DNA of 64,000 nt, from assembly GCA_965248695.1 (NCBI GenBank), contig CBDFKD010000002.1, forward strand, positions 5,536,001-5,600,000. Direction: 5' to 3'. The notes beneath the pieces were generated by a model, which was given only the letters and a program-made list of their open reading frames with translations, did not search any database and was not told the DNA's origin. Positions 48,936 through 58,814 of this stretch are shown here, piece after piece. Both the position numbers and the translations under genes were made by a program. This stretch comes from Acidobacteriota bacterium. Its GTDB lineage: Bacteria; Acidobacteriota; UBA890; WLXD01. Position 1 is the first letter of the stretch. Each line of letters begins with the position of its first letter.

Positions 48936-49826
48936 ATGACCGACCCTAACGTTCCGGAGTCCTCGGAGACCTCTGAAGGCACGGACGAACTAAGTCCGTT
49001 CCGGGTCGCCCTCGGGTTCTTTATTCTGCCGCTGCTGCTCGTCGTCGCCGGCATCGCCCTGTTCCTGATGTTCGGTGTGCTAGCCCACGACGGCGCCGAC
49101 CCGGTGGACTATCTGCCGGCCATCAACGGCAACGGAATCAACGAGCCCTGGCAGGCTGCGTTCCATCTTTCGCAGCAACTGCAGTACAACGATCAGCTCA
49201 AAGGCGACGCCGAGTTCGCGGCGCAGGTCGTGCGCGCGATGGAACGTGCCGAGGATGGCGATCCGCGTGTTCGCAGGTTCCTCAGCATCGCCCTCGGACG
49301 GCTCGAGCACGCTTCCGCGGTACCCGCGCTGATCGCAACGACCCGCGACGACGACTCGGAAGCGCGCGTCAACGCCGCCTGGGCGTTGGGTACGATCGGC
49401 GATCCGACGGCCGCTGCCGCGGTTGCCGAGCTGTTGACCGACGACGTCGCGGCGGTGCGAACGATGGCGGCGTACGTGCTCGGCGTCTTGGCAGAGTCGA
49501 GCGCCGAGCGCCCGCTCCGCGTCGCCTTGAACGATACCGTCCCGGCGGTGCGCTGGAACGCGGCGGTAGCGCTCGCGATGCTGGGGCACCGTGGTGGCAT
49601 GGAGACGCTGATCCTGATGATCGATCGGGCGCATCTATCCTCTGTGCCGGGTATCACGGAACAGGATCATGGCAACACGATGCTGGCAGCCCTTCGGGCG
49701 CTCGAACGCCTGGGATCTGCGGGCCTGGAAGACAAGCTGACGAAACTGCGCGACACTGACCCCGATCCCCGCATCCAGGAGGCAGCCCGTCGGGCCCTCT
49801 CAGCGCCGCAAGGATCGGTAGAGTAA
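48936..49826 (+). CDS. Membrane-anchored HEAT-repeat (PBS-lyase-like) protein
   Basis: N-terminal TM helix; repeats RVRRFLSIALG, ARVNAAWALG, VRTMAAYVLG, VRWNAAVALA. Confidence 0.85.
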   Translation: MTDPNVPESSETSEGTDELSPFRVALGFFILPLLLVVAGIALFLMFGVLAHDGADPVDYLPAINGNGINEPWQAAFHLSQQLQYNDQLKGDAEFAAQVVRAMERAEDGDPRVRRFLSIALGRLEHASAVPALIATTRDDDSEARVNAAWALGTIGDPTAAAAVAELLTDDVAAVRTMAAYVLGVLAESSAERPLRVALNDTVPAVRWNAAVALAMLGHRGGMETLILMIDRAHLSSVPGITEQDHGNTMLAALRALERLGSAGLEDKLTKLRDTDPDPRIQEAARRALSAPQGSVE

Positions 49827-49873
49827 GACGGTTCAACGCTCCTGGCTGAGGAGCGATAAGGGGAGCCTGAGAG

Positions 49874-50425
49874 ATGGCGGAAGCCGAAGCACCAGAAGCC
49901 GCTGCCGGCGGACAGGTAGAGGTCGGCAAGAGTCGCCGCGAGTTTCTCGAGTCCTTGCCGTGGGTAACCATCGCCTGGGCATCGTTCACCGGCGCCGTCG
50001 GCGCGATGCTCGCAGCAACCGTACGCTTCCTATACCCGAACGTCCTCTACGAACCGCCGCTACAGTTCAAGATCGGGCTGCCGACGGATTTCCAGGTCGG
50101 ACAGGTGTCGCTGGCCTTCAAGGACCGCTACGGCGTCTGGGTGGTGCGCAACGAGGAAGGGTTCTACGCCCTGATCTCGGTTTGCACTCACCTTGGCTGC
50201 ACCCCCAACTGGCTCGCGGCCGAGAACAAGTTCAAGTGCCCATGCCACGGCAGTGGGTTCTACAGCACCGGTATCAACTTCGAGGGCCCCGCACCACGTC
50301 CGCTCGAACGAGCCGCCGTGTCGCTGGCCGACGACGGCCAGATCTTGGTCGACAAGTCGCGCAAGTTCCTGTTCGAGCAGGGCGGCTGGGACGATCCCGC
50401 ATCGTTCCTCGCCTTCACCGCTTGA
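49874..50425 (+). CDS. Rieske iron-sulfur subunit of a cytochrome bc/b6f-type complex
   Basis: Tat motif SRREFL, CTHLGC, CPCHGS, GPAPRPL. Confidence 0.95.
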   Translation: MAEAEAPEAAAGGQVEVGKSRREFLESLPWVTIAWASFTGAVGAMLAATVRFLYPNVLYEPPLQFKIGLPTDFQVGQVSLAFKDRYGVWVVRNEEGFYALISVCTHLGCTPNWLAAENKFKCPCHGSGFYSTGINFEGPAPRPLERAAVSLADDGQILVDKSRKFLFEQGGWDDPASFLAFTA

Positions 50426-50459
50426 GATCGTTGCAGATTCCGCGAGGAGCAAAGCTCGG

Positions 50460-51308
50460 ATGAGCAGTTTCGGAGATCGTCTGAAGGGTCTGAAGGAAAA
50501 GATCGGCACGCCCAAGGAGTGGTATGCCGACTTCCGGCTCACTCCGGTGTGGAAGTCGATCTTCCGGCACAAGATGCCGCAGGATCCGAAGAACCGGGCC
50601 ATGGTGGTGCTGACCAACGTGTTCCTGCACCTGCATCCGGTACGGATGCGGAAGCAGGGTCTGCGAGTGTCCTACACCTGGTGCATGGGCGGGATCTCGT
50701 TCTTCCTGTTCCTGTCGTTGACGGTCACCGGCATCCTGTTGATGTTCTACTACCGCCCCACCGCGCAGCATGCCTACCCGGACATGCTCGACCTGATGGA
50801 GTCGGCTTCGCTCGGGCTGATGCGCGAGATGCATCGCTGGGCAGCCCACCTGATGGTCATCACGGTGTGGCTGCACATGCTGCGCGTGTTCCTTACCGGC
50901 TCATACAAGCCGCCGCGCGAGTTCAACTGGGTTGTTGGCGTGCTGCTGCTGGTGCTGACGCTGCTATTCTCGTTCACTGGCTATCTGCTGCCGTGGGACC
51001 AGCTGGCGATGTGGGCGGTCACCGTCGGTAGCAATATGGCGCGGGCCACGCCGATCCTCGGGTCTGAAGGGCCCGGTCAGCAATTGATGCAGATCGGCGA
51101 CGTGCCTCTCATCACCGCCGGCTCGGACATGCGCTTCGTTCTACTGGCGGGCAGATTCGTCGGCGAGGCCGCCTTGCTGCGGTTCTACGTGCTGCATTGT
51201 CTCGGAATCCCGTTCATCTTCGTGATCCTGCTGGCGGTGCACTTCTGGCGAGTACGTCGCGACGGCGGGATATCCGGCCCGGGCAAGGGCGGGAAGTTAG
51301 CACTGTGA
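50460..51308 (+). CDS. Cytochrome b6-like subunit (N-terminal half of a split cytochrome b)
   Basis: [54 protein letters not shown]. Confidence 0.93.
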   Translation: MSSFGDRLKGLKEKIGTPKEWYADFRLTPVWKSIFRHKMPQDPKNRAMVVLTNVFLHLHPVRMRKQGLRVSYTWCMGGISFFLFLSLTVTGILLMFYYRPTAQHAYPDMLDLMESASLGLMREMHRWAAHLMVITVWLHMLRVFLTGSYKPPREFNWVVGVLLLVLTLLFSFTGYLLPWDQLAMWAVTVGSNMARATPILGSEGPGQQLMQIGDVPLITAGSDMRFVLLAGRFVGEAALLRFYVLHCLGIPFIFVILLAVHFWRVRRDGGISGPGKGGKLAL

Positions 51309-51348
51309 GCTGTGGCAGAGTGCTGAAGAACTCCGGTGGGGTGCGGCA

Positions 51349-52437
51349 ATGATCGATGCGCTCAAGCTGTTCATCAACGGGCTGTTCGAGCCCTACATCG
51401 CACTCACGCTGACCACGGCGGCAGTGTTGCTGCTGTACCGCTTCCGCGTTCCGGCGACGCGCAACAAGTGGATAGGCGGTTCCATTCTCGCCACGCCGAT
51501 CTTGTTCTTCGGCCTTTCGGCGCTGGACGCGAACTTCTGGATCCAATTCAAGCGCGCCGACAACCTGCCGATCTCGGGAATGATGTTCCTGGTCGTCTTC
51601 TTCGTTTGGTTCGCGCTCAAGAAGGGGGTCGAGAACGACCTCCGCATGAAAGAAGGCCGGCCGCCGTACGAAGCCGAAGAAGAGGAAGAAGAGAAGGTCT
51701 TCGTGTGGCCCGACCTGGTCTACACCGAGTTCATGTGCGTGCTGCTGGTGAGCATCCTGCTGGTGGTTTGGTCGATCCTGGTGCCGGCGCCACTCGAGGA
51801 GCCCGCCAACCCACAGCTGACGCCGAATCCCTCCAAGGCACCTTGGTACTTCCTCGGGCTGCAGGAGATCCTGGTTTATTTCGATCCCTGGCTGGCGGGG
51901 GTGGTCATCCCGACGTTCATCGTCATCGGGCTGATGTCGATCCCGTATATGGATCCGAATCCGAAGGGCAACGGCTACTACACCTTCGAGGAGCGCCGCT
52001 CCGAGATCGTGTTGTTCCAGTTCGGGTTCATCGTCCTCTGGGTGTTCATGGTCTTTCAGGGCACCTTCCTGCGCGGGCCCAATTGGAACTTCTACGGCCC
52101 CTACGAGCTCTGGGACGCGCACAAGCTGGTGCCGCTGAGCAACGTCCAGCTGTCCGAGTTCATCTGGGCGCGCGGGCTGGGGATCGGACTGCCGAGCTTC
52201 TGGCTGGTGCGCGAATCCTTCGGCATTTTGCTCTTGCTGGCTTACTTCACCGCGCTACCGGCGTGGGCAGCCAGCAGGTGGCTACGGAAGTACTTCGATC
52301 AGATGGGAATGATGCGCTACGTGCTGTTCACCCACCTGTTGCTGTGGATGTTCCTGATCCCGATCAAGATGTATCTGCGCTGGACCATAAACTTGAAGTA
52401 CTTCGTCTGGATTCCGGAGTTCTTCTTCAACATTTAG
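51349..52437 (+). CDS. Extended subunit-IV-like protein (C-terminal half of cytochrome b)
   Basis: VWPDLVYTE, APLEEPANPQLTPNPSKAPWYFLGLQE, IPYMDPNP; extra TM helices. Confidence 0.88.
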   Translation: MIDALKLFINGLFEPYIALTLTTAAVLLLYRFRVPATRNKWIGGSILATPILFFGLSALDANFWIQFKRADNLPISGMMFLVVFFVWFALKKGVENDLRMKEGRPPYEAEEEEEEKVFVWPDLVYTEFMCVLLVSILLVVWSILVPAPLEEPANPQLTPNPSKAPWYFLGLQEILVYFDPWLAGVVIPTFIVIGLMSIPYMDPNPKGNGYYTFEERRSEIVLFQFGFIVLWVFMVFQGTFLRGPNWNFYGPYELWDAHKLVPLSNVQLSEFIWARGLGIGLPSFWLVRESFGILLLLAYFTALPAWAASRWLRKYFDQMGMMRYVLFTHLLLWMFLIPIKMYLRWTINLKYFVWIPEFFFNI

Positions 52438-52513
52438 CAGGCCGTCGGCGCGCCCGACAAACGTGACAACGTGGTGTACGGAGTAGGGGCGATGACCGAG
52501 CAAGGGGAAACGG

Positions 52514-55417
52514 ATGGCCAAGCCGAGGCGTAAGGGCGTATACGCGCGCGACGTGGACCGCCTGAACCTGTGGTTCGGGCTGATTGCGATCGCGAGCCTG
52601 CTGAGCGTCCTATGGATGGTATGGGACGACTACGCGCGACCGTGGAAGTCGTATCAGCGGCAGTTCCGCGTGCTCGAGAGCGAGGCCACGCAACGGCAGC
52701 TTGCCGGTGAGCAGGCAGGCGTCGACCAGCAGCAGTTGACGCTGCTGCGGCAGCAACGCGACGCTGGCGAACAGACGCTGTCCGGCCAGGTTGCCCAGCT
52801 GGCGGAGCTGGAGAGCGAGCTCGGGCGAGTCCAGAGTCGCTTCGACCTCGCCGATCAGAACCTGCGCTTCGCCCGCTCCACGTACGACGCACGGCGCTGG
52901 CAGTTCGAGGAAGCGCGCAAGCACGACGGCGACGAAGGCTCCACCCGCGAGCGCGCCACGCTGGACGCCTCGATCGCCGAGATGCAGCGGTACTCCGCCG
53001 AGGTCGAGGAGCTGACCGTCGAGAGAGACGCGCTGCAGTCCGACCTCGTTGACCTCACGGGTGCGCGCGATGAGGCGCAGAGCGAGATCACCACGATGAC
53101 CCGCGAGATCGATCGCCTCCAAGGCAGAGTGGACGAGCTGCGCTTCAACTGGGTCTACTACCTGCGCAATGCACCGTTCATGGACAGCTTCAACCCATCG
53201 GTGCGCATCAATCAGGTGGTGTTGAACAACGTGCGCTTCGATCTCAACTTCACCGATGCGCCGCGCGTCGACCGCTGTGCGTCATGCCACCTCGGCGCTG
53301 CCTCGACCGACTACGAGAACGCCGAACAGCCGTTCACGACCCACCCACGTCTGGACCTGTTCGTTGCCGACAACGCCGTGCACCCGGCCGCCCAGTTCGG
53401 TTGTTCTTCGTGCCACGGAGGAAGAGGACACGCCACCAGCTTCCTCTACGCGGTGCACACGCCCGACAACGAGAGCGAGCGGGAACGCTGGGAGCACGAA
53501 TACGGTTGGGAACCGACCCACCTGTGGGAGTGGCCAATGCGTCCCACCGGTGAGACGGAAGCCGGCTGCCTGAGCTGTCACGTCGACGACAACTGGTTGC
53601 CGGACGCCCCGAAGGTCGAGTACGGGCTCGAGCTGGTCGAGAAGCTCGGCTGCTACGGCTGCCATCAGATCGATCGTTTCGACGATCGCCGCAAGCCAGC
53701 GCCGAACCTGTCGTATCTGGGCTCGAAGACCGATTTCGAGTGGGCCTATAACTGGGTCATGGACCCCAAGAGCTTCCGCCCAGATACCCGCATGCCGAGG
53801 TTCTTCAACCTCGCCAACACCTCCGATACGTACTGGACAGAGCGGAACGAGGTAGAAGCCGAGAGCATCGTCACCTACCTGTTCGACAACACCACCGAGA
53901 TCGAGCTCGAAAGCGCCCCGGCCGGCAACGCCACGCGCGGCGATAGGCTCTTCGGTACGGTCGGCTGCATGGGCTGCCACATGATCGGCGACGAGCCTGC
54001 CGAAGAGGAAGGCACAGGCGACCGCCCGGGTGAGGCGGCCCGCTTCAGTGGCTACCGCCACCACGGACCGAATCTCAGCGGCCTGGGGAGCAAGGTCAAC
54101 CCGGACTGGCTCTTTACGTGGGTGCGCAACCCGACGCATTACTGGGACGAGACGGTGATGCCCGATCTGCGGCTGACCTCGCAGGAGGCCGCCGACATCA
54201 CCGCGTACCTGATCGGCATCCAGCGACCCGGATGGGAAGATCCACAGGTTCCCACCGTCGACGCCGCCCTGCGCGACGAGGTCGCGCTCGAGTATCTGCG
54301 AGCGCAACTGCCGAGCGACGAGGCCGCTGCTCGCCTCGAATCGATGGACGAGGACCAGACGCGCGCCTACCTGGGCGAGCGCCTCATCACACGCTACGGC
54401 TGCTCCGGTTGCCATTTGATCCCCGGCCTCGAGAACGCCGGCCGCATCGGCACGAGCCTGTCGGATTGGGGCAGCAAGCCGGTAACGCGCCTGGACTTCG
54501 GTCTGCGCGACATGGAACACGAGCGCCGCGAGTTCCTCGAGCAGAAAATGCGGGCGCCGCGTAGCTACGACGACGGTCGCGTACGCTCGGCCGAGGAAAT
54601 GCTGCGCATGCCGAACTTCGACCTCGATGAGGAGGAGATCGAAGCGATCTCCACGGCAATTCTCGGCTTTACCGCCGAGGAAGTCCCGACCGCGGGAATG
54701 CCGGCACAGACGCCGGCGCGGCTCGCAATCGAAAAGGGACGCCACATCGCCGACGTGTACAACTGTCGCGGCTGCCACATCCTCGAGGATCGTGGCGGCG
54801 CTATCCGCGAGGTGATCGCCGATGCCAAGTTCGCATCCGGCGAAGTAACCAGCCGTGCGGCCGGGTTGGTGTTCGGACCCCCGAACCTGCGATCCGAAGG
54901 GGCACGGGTGCAACCCACGTGGCTGTACCGCTTCTTCGACGAGCCTACCGTCGTCCGGCCCTGGCTCGAGGTGCGGATGCCGACCTTCCAGTTCAGCGAC
55001 GAGGACCTCAACGCGCTGACGGCCTACTTCGCGGCGCTCGACGAGGCCCCCTACCCGTTCGAAGAGACGTTCACCACGGCGCACGAGTATCCGGCCAACC
55101 TGGTGCGCGAGGGCGCAGTCCTGGCCGCTGATCAACGTGGCTCGTTACAGTGCTTCTCGTGCCATTTCCAGGGCGATCAGGAACCGCGCGTACCCCCGAC
55201 GCAGTGGGCGCCGGACCTCGCCCTGGCGGCCGGGCGGCTGCGGCCGGATTGGCTGGACATGTGGATCAAGGACCCCCAAAGCCTGCAGCCCGGCACCAAC
55301 ATGCCGCAGTTCTACGCCAGCCTGGAGGCGGGCCGCGGCTACTGGGCGCCGCTAGGCAACGATCCGCAGGTGGAGATCGACGCTCTGGTTGCTTACATCA
55401 TGAGCATCGGCAACTAA
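52514..55417 (+). CDS. Membrane-anchored octaheme cytochrome c with N-terminal coiled coil
   Basis: CASCH, CSSCH, CLSCH, CYGCH, CMGCH, CSGCH, CRGCH, CFSCH; repeated PNL...W...P...MP units. Confidence 0.93.
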   Translation: MAKPRRKGVYARDVDRLNLWFGLIAIASLLSVLWMVWDDYARPWKSYQRQFRVLESEATQRQLAGEQAGVDQQQLTLLRQQRDAGEQTLSGQVAQLAELESELGRVQSRFDLADQNLRFARSTYDARRWQFEEARKHDGDEGSTRERATLDASIAEMQRYSAEVEELTVERDALQSDLVDLTGARDEAQSEITTMTREIDRLQGRVDELRFNWVYYLRNAPFMDSFNPSVRINQVVLNNVRFDLNFTDAPRVDRCASCHLGAASTDYENAEQPFTTHPRLDLFVADNAVHPAAQFGCSSCHGGRGHATSFLYAVHTPDNESERERWEHEYGWEPTHLWEWPMRPTGETEAGCLSCHVDDNWLPDAPKVEYGLELVEKLGCYGCHQIDRFDDRRKPAPNLSYLGSKTDFEWAYNWVMDPKSFRPDTRMPRFFNLANTSDTYWTERNEVEAESIVTYLFDNTTEIELESAPAGNATRGDRLFGTVGCMGCHMIGDEPAEEEGTGDRPGEAARFSGYRHHGPNLSGLGSKVNPDWLFTWVRNPTHYWDETVMPDLRLTSQEAADITAYLIGIQRPGWEDPQVPTVDAALRDEVALEYLRAQLPSDEAAARLESMDEDQTRAYLGERLITRYGCSGCHLIPGLENAGRIGTSLSDWGSKPVTRLDFGLRDMEHERREFLEQKMRAPRSYDDGRVRSAEEMLRMPNFDLDEEEIEAISTAILGFTAEEVPTAGMPAQTPARLAIEKGRHIADVYNCRGCHILEDRGGAIREVIADAKFASGEVTSRAAGLVFGPPNLRSEGARVQPTWLYRFFDEPTVVRPWLEVRMPTFQFSDEDLNALTAYFAALDEAPYPFEETFTTAHEYPANLVREGAVLAADQRGSLQCFSCHFQGDQEPRVPPTQWAPDLALAAGRLRPDWLDMWIKDPQSLQPGTNMPQFYASLEAGRGYWAPLGNDPQVEIDALVAYIMSIGN

Positions 55418-55448
55418 CAGGTACCGGGAGCATTCCCGCACAGCTCGC

Positions 55449-55467
55449 GCCCGCGGCAAACGCGGGC
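55449..55467 (+). terminator. GC-rich hairpin after the cytochrome c gene
   Basis: GCCCGCG-gcaaa-CGCGGGC; no U-tract. Confidence 0.35.
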
Positions 55468-55570
55468 ATGCAGTGCCCAATCAGGGCATAATCTACGTCG
55501 TTATTCTGAACGGATTCTTTCGCGCCGACCGATCCCGGTGCGGCGGTGGGAATCGCCCTAGGAGTTGAAC

Positions 55571-56350
55571 ATGCAGCAGCGAAAGTTCGCAGCGGTCGTC
55601 GCCTTGATCGCGCTCGTATCCGTGGCCGCGTGCGGCGGCGGTGGCGACGAAGCGGCCGCGCCGACCCCGGATACCAATACCCCGGCAGCGACCGCTCCTG
55701 ACCTGAGCGACGCCGGCGGCATCAGCGGCACGGTGATGCTCTCCGGTGACGCCCCGGCCGCCGAGACCATCCAGATGGCAGCCGACCCGTTCTGTCAGCT
55801 CGCCCACAGCGAGACGGTGACGACGTCGCCGGTGATGACCGACGCCGCCGGCGGCCTGATGAACGTCGTCGTGCACGTCGCCAGCGGGCTCGAGGGCTAC
55901 TCTTTTCCGGCCGCCAGCGGTGCGGCGAACATGGGCCAGAGCGGATGCATCTACGATCCGCATATCGTGGCGATGCGCACCGGTCAGACGCTGATGATCC
56001 TCAACGACGACGACACGCTCCACAACGTCAACGTGCAGCCGAACGACAATGCGGCGTTCAACCAGGCACAGCCGCTCGCCGGCATGACCATCGAGAAGGT
56101 GTTCGACAACGCCGAAGTCGGTATTCCGGCGCGCTGTGACGTACACCCCTGGATGTCGGCGTTCATCAACGTCTTCGACCATCCTTATTTTGCCGTGTCG
56201 GGCGCCGACGGTAGCTTCTCGATCGAGAACCTGCCTCCGGGCGATTACGTCATCGAGGCATGGCACGAGACGTTGGGAACACAGACGCAGAGCATTACCG
56301 TAGCCCCGAACGAGACGGCCGCGGCGGGAATCAGCTTCGGCGGGAACTGA
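55571..56350 (+). CDS. Lipoprotein with cupredoxin-like and carboxypeptidase-regulatory-like domains
   Basis: Lipobox VAAC, QSGCIYDPH, DDTLHNV, CDVHPWM, LPPGDYVIEAWHE. AGGAG RBS. Confidence 0.8.
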   Translation: MQQRKFAAVVALIALVSVAACGGGGDEAAAPTPDTNTPAATAPDLSDAGGISGTVMLSGDAPAAETIQMAADPFCQLAHSETVTTSPVMTDAAGGLMNVVVHVASGLEGYSFPAASGAANMGQSGCIYDPHIVAMRTGQTLMILNDDDTLHNVNVQPNDNAAFNQAQPLAGMTIEKVFDNAEVGIPARCDVHPWMSAFINVFDHPYFAVSGADGSFSIENLPPGDYVIEAWHETLGTQTQSITVAPNETAAAGISFGGN

Positions 56351-56402
56351 CCGCACACGCCGGCGTCGCTCTGCGACGAACCGTCAAAGCAACAGACTTC
56401 CT

Positions 56403-56434
56403 CGTCGGCGCCCTCATACCAAGGGGCGCCGACG
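56403..56434 (+). terminator. Hairpin between the lipoprotein gene and ctaA
   Basis: CGTCGGCGCCC...GGGCGCCGACG 11-bp stem followed by tcgttt. Confidence 0.5.
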
Positions 56435-56459
56435 TCGTTTCGGGATAGTCGAGACCACC

Positions 56460-57419
56460 ATGAGCGCCCCCCAGGAAACGGCCGGCGGCTGGTTGCACCG
56501 CTACGCGTTGCTCGTGACCGCGGCAACGCTGCTGCTGATCGTGGCTGGCGGGCTAGTCACCAGCACTGACTCAGGCCTCGCCGTCCCCGACTGGCCGTTG
56601 TCCTACGGCATGCTTTTTCCGCCGATGGTGGGCGGAATCTTCTACGAGCACGGTCATCGCATGATCGCCGGCGCAGTGGGCCTGATGACGGCGGCGCTGG
56701 CGTTCTGGGTGTCGCGGCGCGAGTCGAGGGAATGGGTGCGACGACTCGGATGGGTGGCGCTCGGCACGGTGATCGTCCAGGCTCTGCTCGGTGGCATCAC
56801 CGTGATCTGGCTGCTGCCGCCGGTCGTTTCGACCTCACATCTCGGAACCGCGATGCTGTTTCTGGCAATCGTCACGTTATTGGCAGTCGTCACCGCGCCG
56901 GGATGGCACGCAGCGCGTCTACGACCGCCGGTAGCGGCCGGCGATTTACGACGCATGGCGGCTATTGCCACGGCCGCAGTCTACGTCCAGATACTCCTGG
57001 GCGCCGCAATGCGCCATACGGGAGCCGGCCTCGCTTGCCCCGATTTCCCGCTCTGCAACGGCCAGCTGCTACCCGATCTGACGGGTGCCGCGATCGCGTT
57101 GCACATGGCGCACCGCGTCGGCGCCGTGGTGGTGACCGTCCTCGTGTTCCTGCTCGCCGAGAGCGCTTGGGCCCGGCACCCGGAAGTACCCGAATTCCGC
57201 CGTCCTGCCTTGGCGGCGCTCGGCTGCGTCACCCTGCAGGTCCTCCTGGGGGCGCTCAGCGTGTTGTCGCGGTTGGCGCCCTTCATCACGACGGCGCATG
57301 TGCTTGGCGGCGCATTGCTGCTCTGTAGCCTGGTGGTGCTCACGGCACGGGCCCACCGCCGACTGCCTGCGACCGGCCCGGCCGCCGAGGCGGCGCAGGC
57401 ATCGGGGGCGACAGCTTGA
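56460..57419 (+). CDS. ctaA: Heme A synthase (COX15/CtaA)
   Basis: GGLVTSTDSGLAVPDWP, EHGHR, GLACPDFPLC, HMAHR, TTAH. Confidence 0.9.
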   Translation: MSAPQETAGGWLHRYALLVTAATLLLIVAGGLVTSTDSGLAVPDWPLSYGMLFPPMVGGIFYEHGHRMIAGAVGLMTAALAFWVSRRESREWVRRLGWVALGTVIVQALLGGITVIWLLPPVVSTSHLGTAMLFLAIVTLLAVVTAPGWHAARLRPPVAAGDLRRMAAIATAAVYVQILLGAAMRHTGAGLACPDFPLCNGQLLPDLTGAAIALHMAHRVGAVVVTVLVFLLAESAWARHPEVPEFRRPALAALGCVTLQVLLGALSVLSRLAPFITTAHVLGGALLLCSLVVLTARAHRRLPATGPAAEAAQASGATA

Positions 57420-58309
57420 CGACCTTTTCGGCGCCCACCGCGGTCAGTCCTCCGACCCGGCTGGCCGACTACCTGGCGCTTACCAAGCCGCGGCTGAGCG
57501 CGCTCGTGCTCGCCACCACTGGCGCCGGCTTCCTGCTGGCGCCGCGGCCGAGCGCAACACTGCTCGCGCTCGTATGGGCGTTGCTGGGGACCATTCTCGT
57601 CGTCGGCGGCGCCAACGCCCTCAATCAGGTCTACGAGCGAGAGATCGACGCGCTGATGCGGCGCACCCGCGATCGGCCGCTGCCGGCCGGCCGCCTGTGG
57701 GCTGGCCCGGCGGGACTGTTCGGAGCAACGCTGGCGCTCGGCGGTGTTGCCATCCTGGCACTGCAGGTGAACCTGTTGTCGGCGGCGTTGGGCGCCGGAG
57801 GGTTCTTGCTCTACGTCTTCGTCTACACGCCGCTCAAACGCCTGTCGTGGCTCTGCACGCTCGTCGGCGCCATCCCCGGCGCCACCCCGCCCATGATCGG
57901 CTGGGCCGCCGCCACCGGACAACTCGACCGCACCGCCGCGGTGCTCTTTGCCATCCTGTTCTTCTGGCAGATGCCGCACTTCCTGGCCATCGCCAGGCTG
58001 TTCCGCGACGACTACCGCAACGCCGGCATGGTCATGGTCGGGGTTCAGGAAGTAGACCCGGTCGCGTATCGCCACATGATCCTCTATTGCCTGGCGCTGA
58101 TTCCCGTATCCGCCTCGCTGGCATGGACCGGCGCCACCGGAACCGTCTACCTGATCGGGTCAACCCTACTCGGCATCGGCTTTCTCGCCAGCGCCGTGCG
58201 CGCCGCGGCGAGCCCTTCGCGGCGTACGGACCGCGCCGCCTTTCTATACTCGCTGATCTACCTGCCTATACTGCTCGTCCTCATGCTGCTCGACCGACAG
58301 CTCGTCTGA
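57416..58309 (+). CDS. ctaB: Protoheme IX farnesyltransferase (heme O synthase)
   Basis: LTKPR, EREIDALMRRTRDRPL, YTPLKR, WQMPHF. Confidence 0.95.
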   Translation: MTTFSAPTAVSPPTRLADYLALTKPRLSALVLATTGAGFLLAPRPSATLLALVWALLGTILVVGGANALNQVYEREIDALMRRTRDRPLPAGRLWAGPAGLFGATLALGGVAILALQVNLLSAALGAGGFLLYVFVYTPLKRLSWLCTLVGAIPGATPPMIGWAAATGQLDRTAAVLFAILFFWQMPHFLAIARLFRDDYRNAGMVMVGVQEVDPVAYRHMILYCLALIPVSASLAWTGATGTVYLIGSTLLGIGFLASAVRAAASPSRRTDRAAFLYSLIYLPILLVLMLLDRQLV

Positions 58310-58337
58310 AGCAGCGCCAGGGAAACCGGTCCTCCGA

Positions 58338-58784
58338 ATGGAAACTGCCCCCGAATGGGTCCAAGCGCTCCCCGGCATCAACGCCGGACTGAACGCCACC
58401 AGCGCTGTGTTGTTGCTGAACGGCTACCGCTTTATCCGGGCCCGGCGCATCGCCCCGCACCGCGCCTGCATGCTCGGTGCGTGCGCCTCTACCCTGCTGT
58501 TCCTGACCCTCTACCTGACGCTGCACTACCACATCGGCACGACACGCTTCGGGCACGAAGGAACCGTCGTCCGCACGGTGTATATGACAATCCTGCTCAG
58601 CCACACAGCCCTGGCAATCATGGCGGCACCAATGGTCGTGTGGACGCTGACACGGGCCCTGCGCGGGCGGTTCGAGCAACACGCCGCGCTGGCACGCTGG
58701 ACGTTTCCGATCTGGCTGTACGTGTCGGTCACCGGCCTGATCGTCTACATGATGCTGTATCAGGTACCGGGGGCGGCCGGTTGA
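58338..58784 (+). CDS. DUF420 (CtaM-like) membrane protein
   Basis: INAGLN, HRACM, ILLSH, ARWTFPIWLYVSVTG. Confidence 0.9.
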   Translation: METAPEWVQALPGINAGLNATSAVLLLNGYRFIRARRIAPHRACMLGACASTLLFLTLYLTLHYHIGTTRFGHEGTVVRTVYMTILLSHTALAIMAAPMVVWTLTRALRGRFEQHAALARWTFPIWLYVSVTGLIVYMMLYQVPGAAG

Positions 58785-58814
58785 TCGCTAGCGGCGAGGC
58801 CCCGAAACGTGGAC

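Noticed and set aside
49874-49884. 11-bp match (ATGGCGGAAGC) to the selC 3' end as a possible att site
   Set aside because: It is the first codons of the Rieske gene, is short, and lies on the wrong side of the tRNA.
53282-55135. 617-aa minus-strand ORF
   Set aside because: Antisense to the octaheme cytochrome c; no independent signals.
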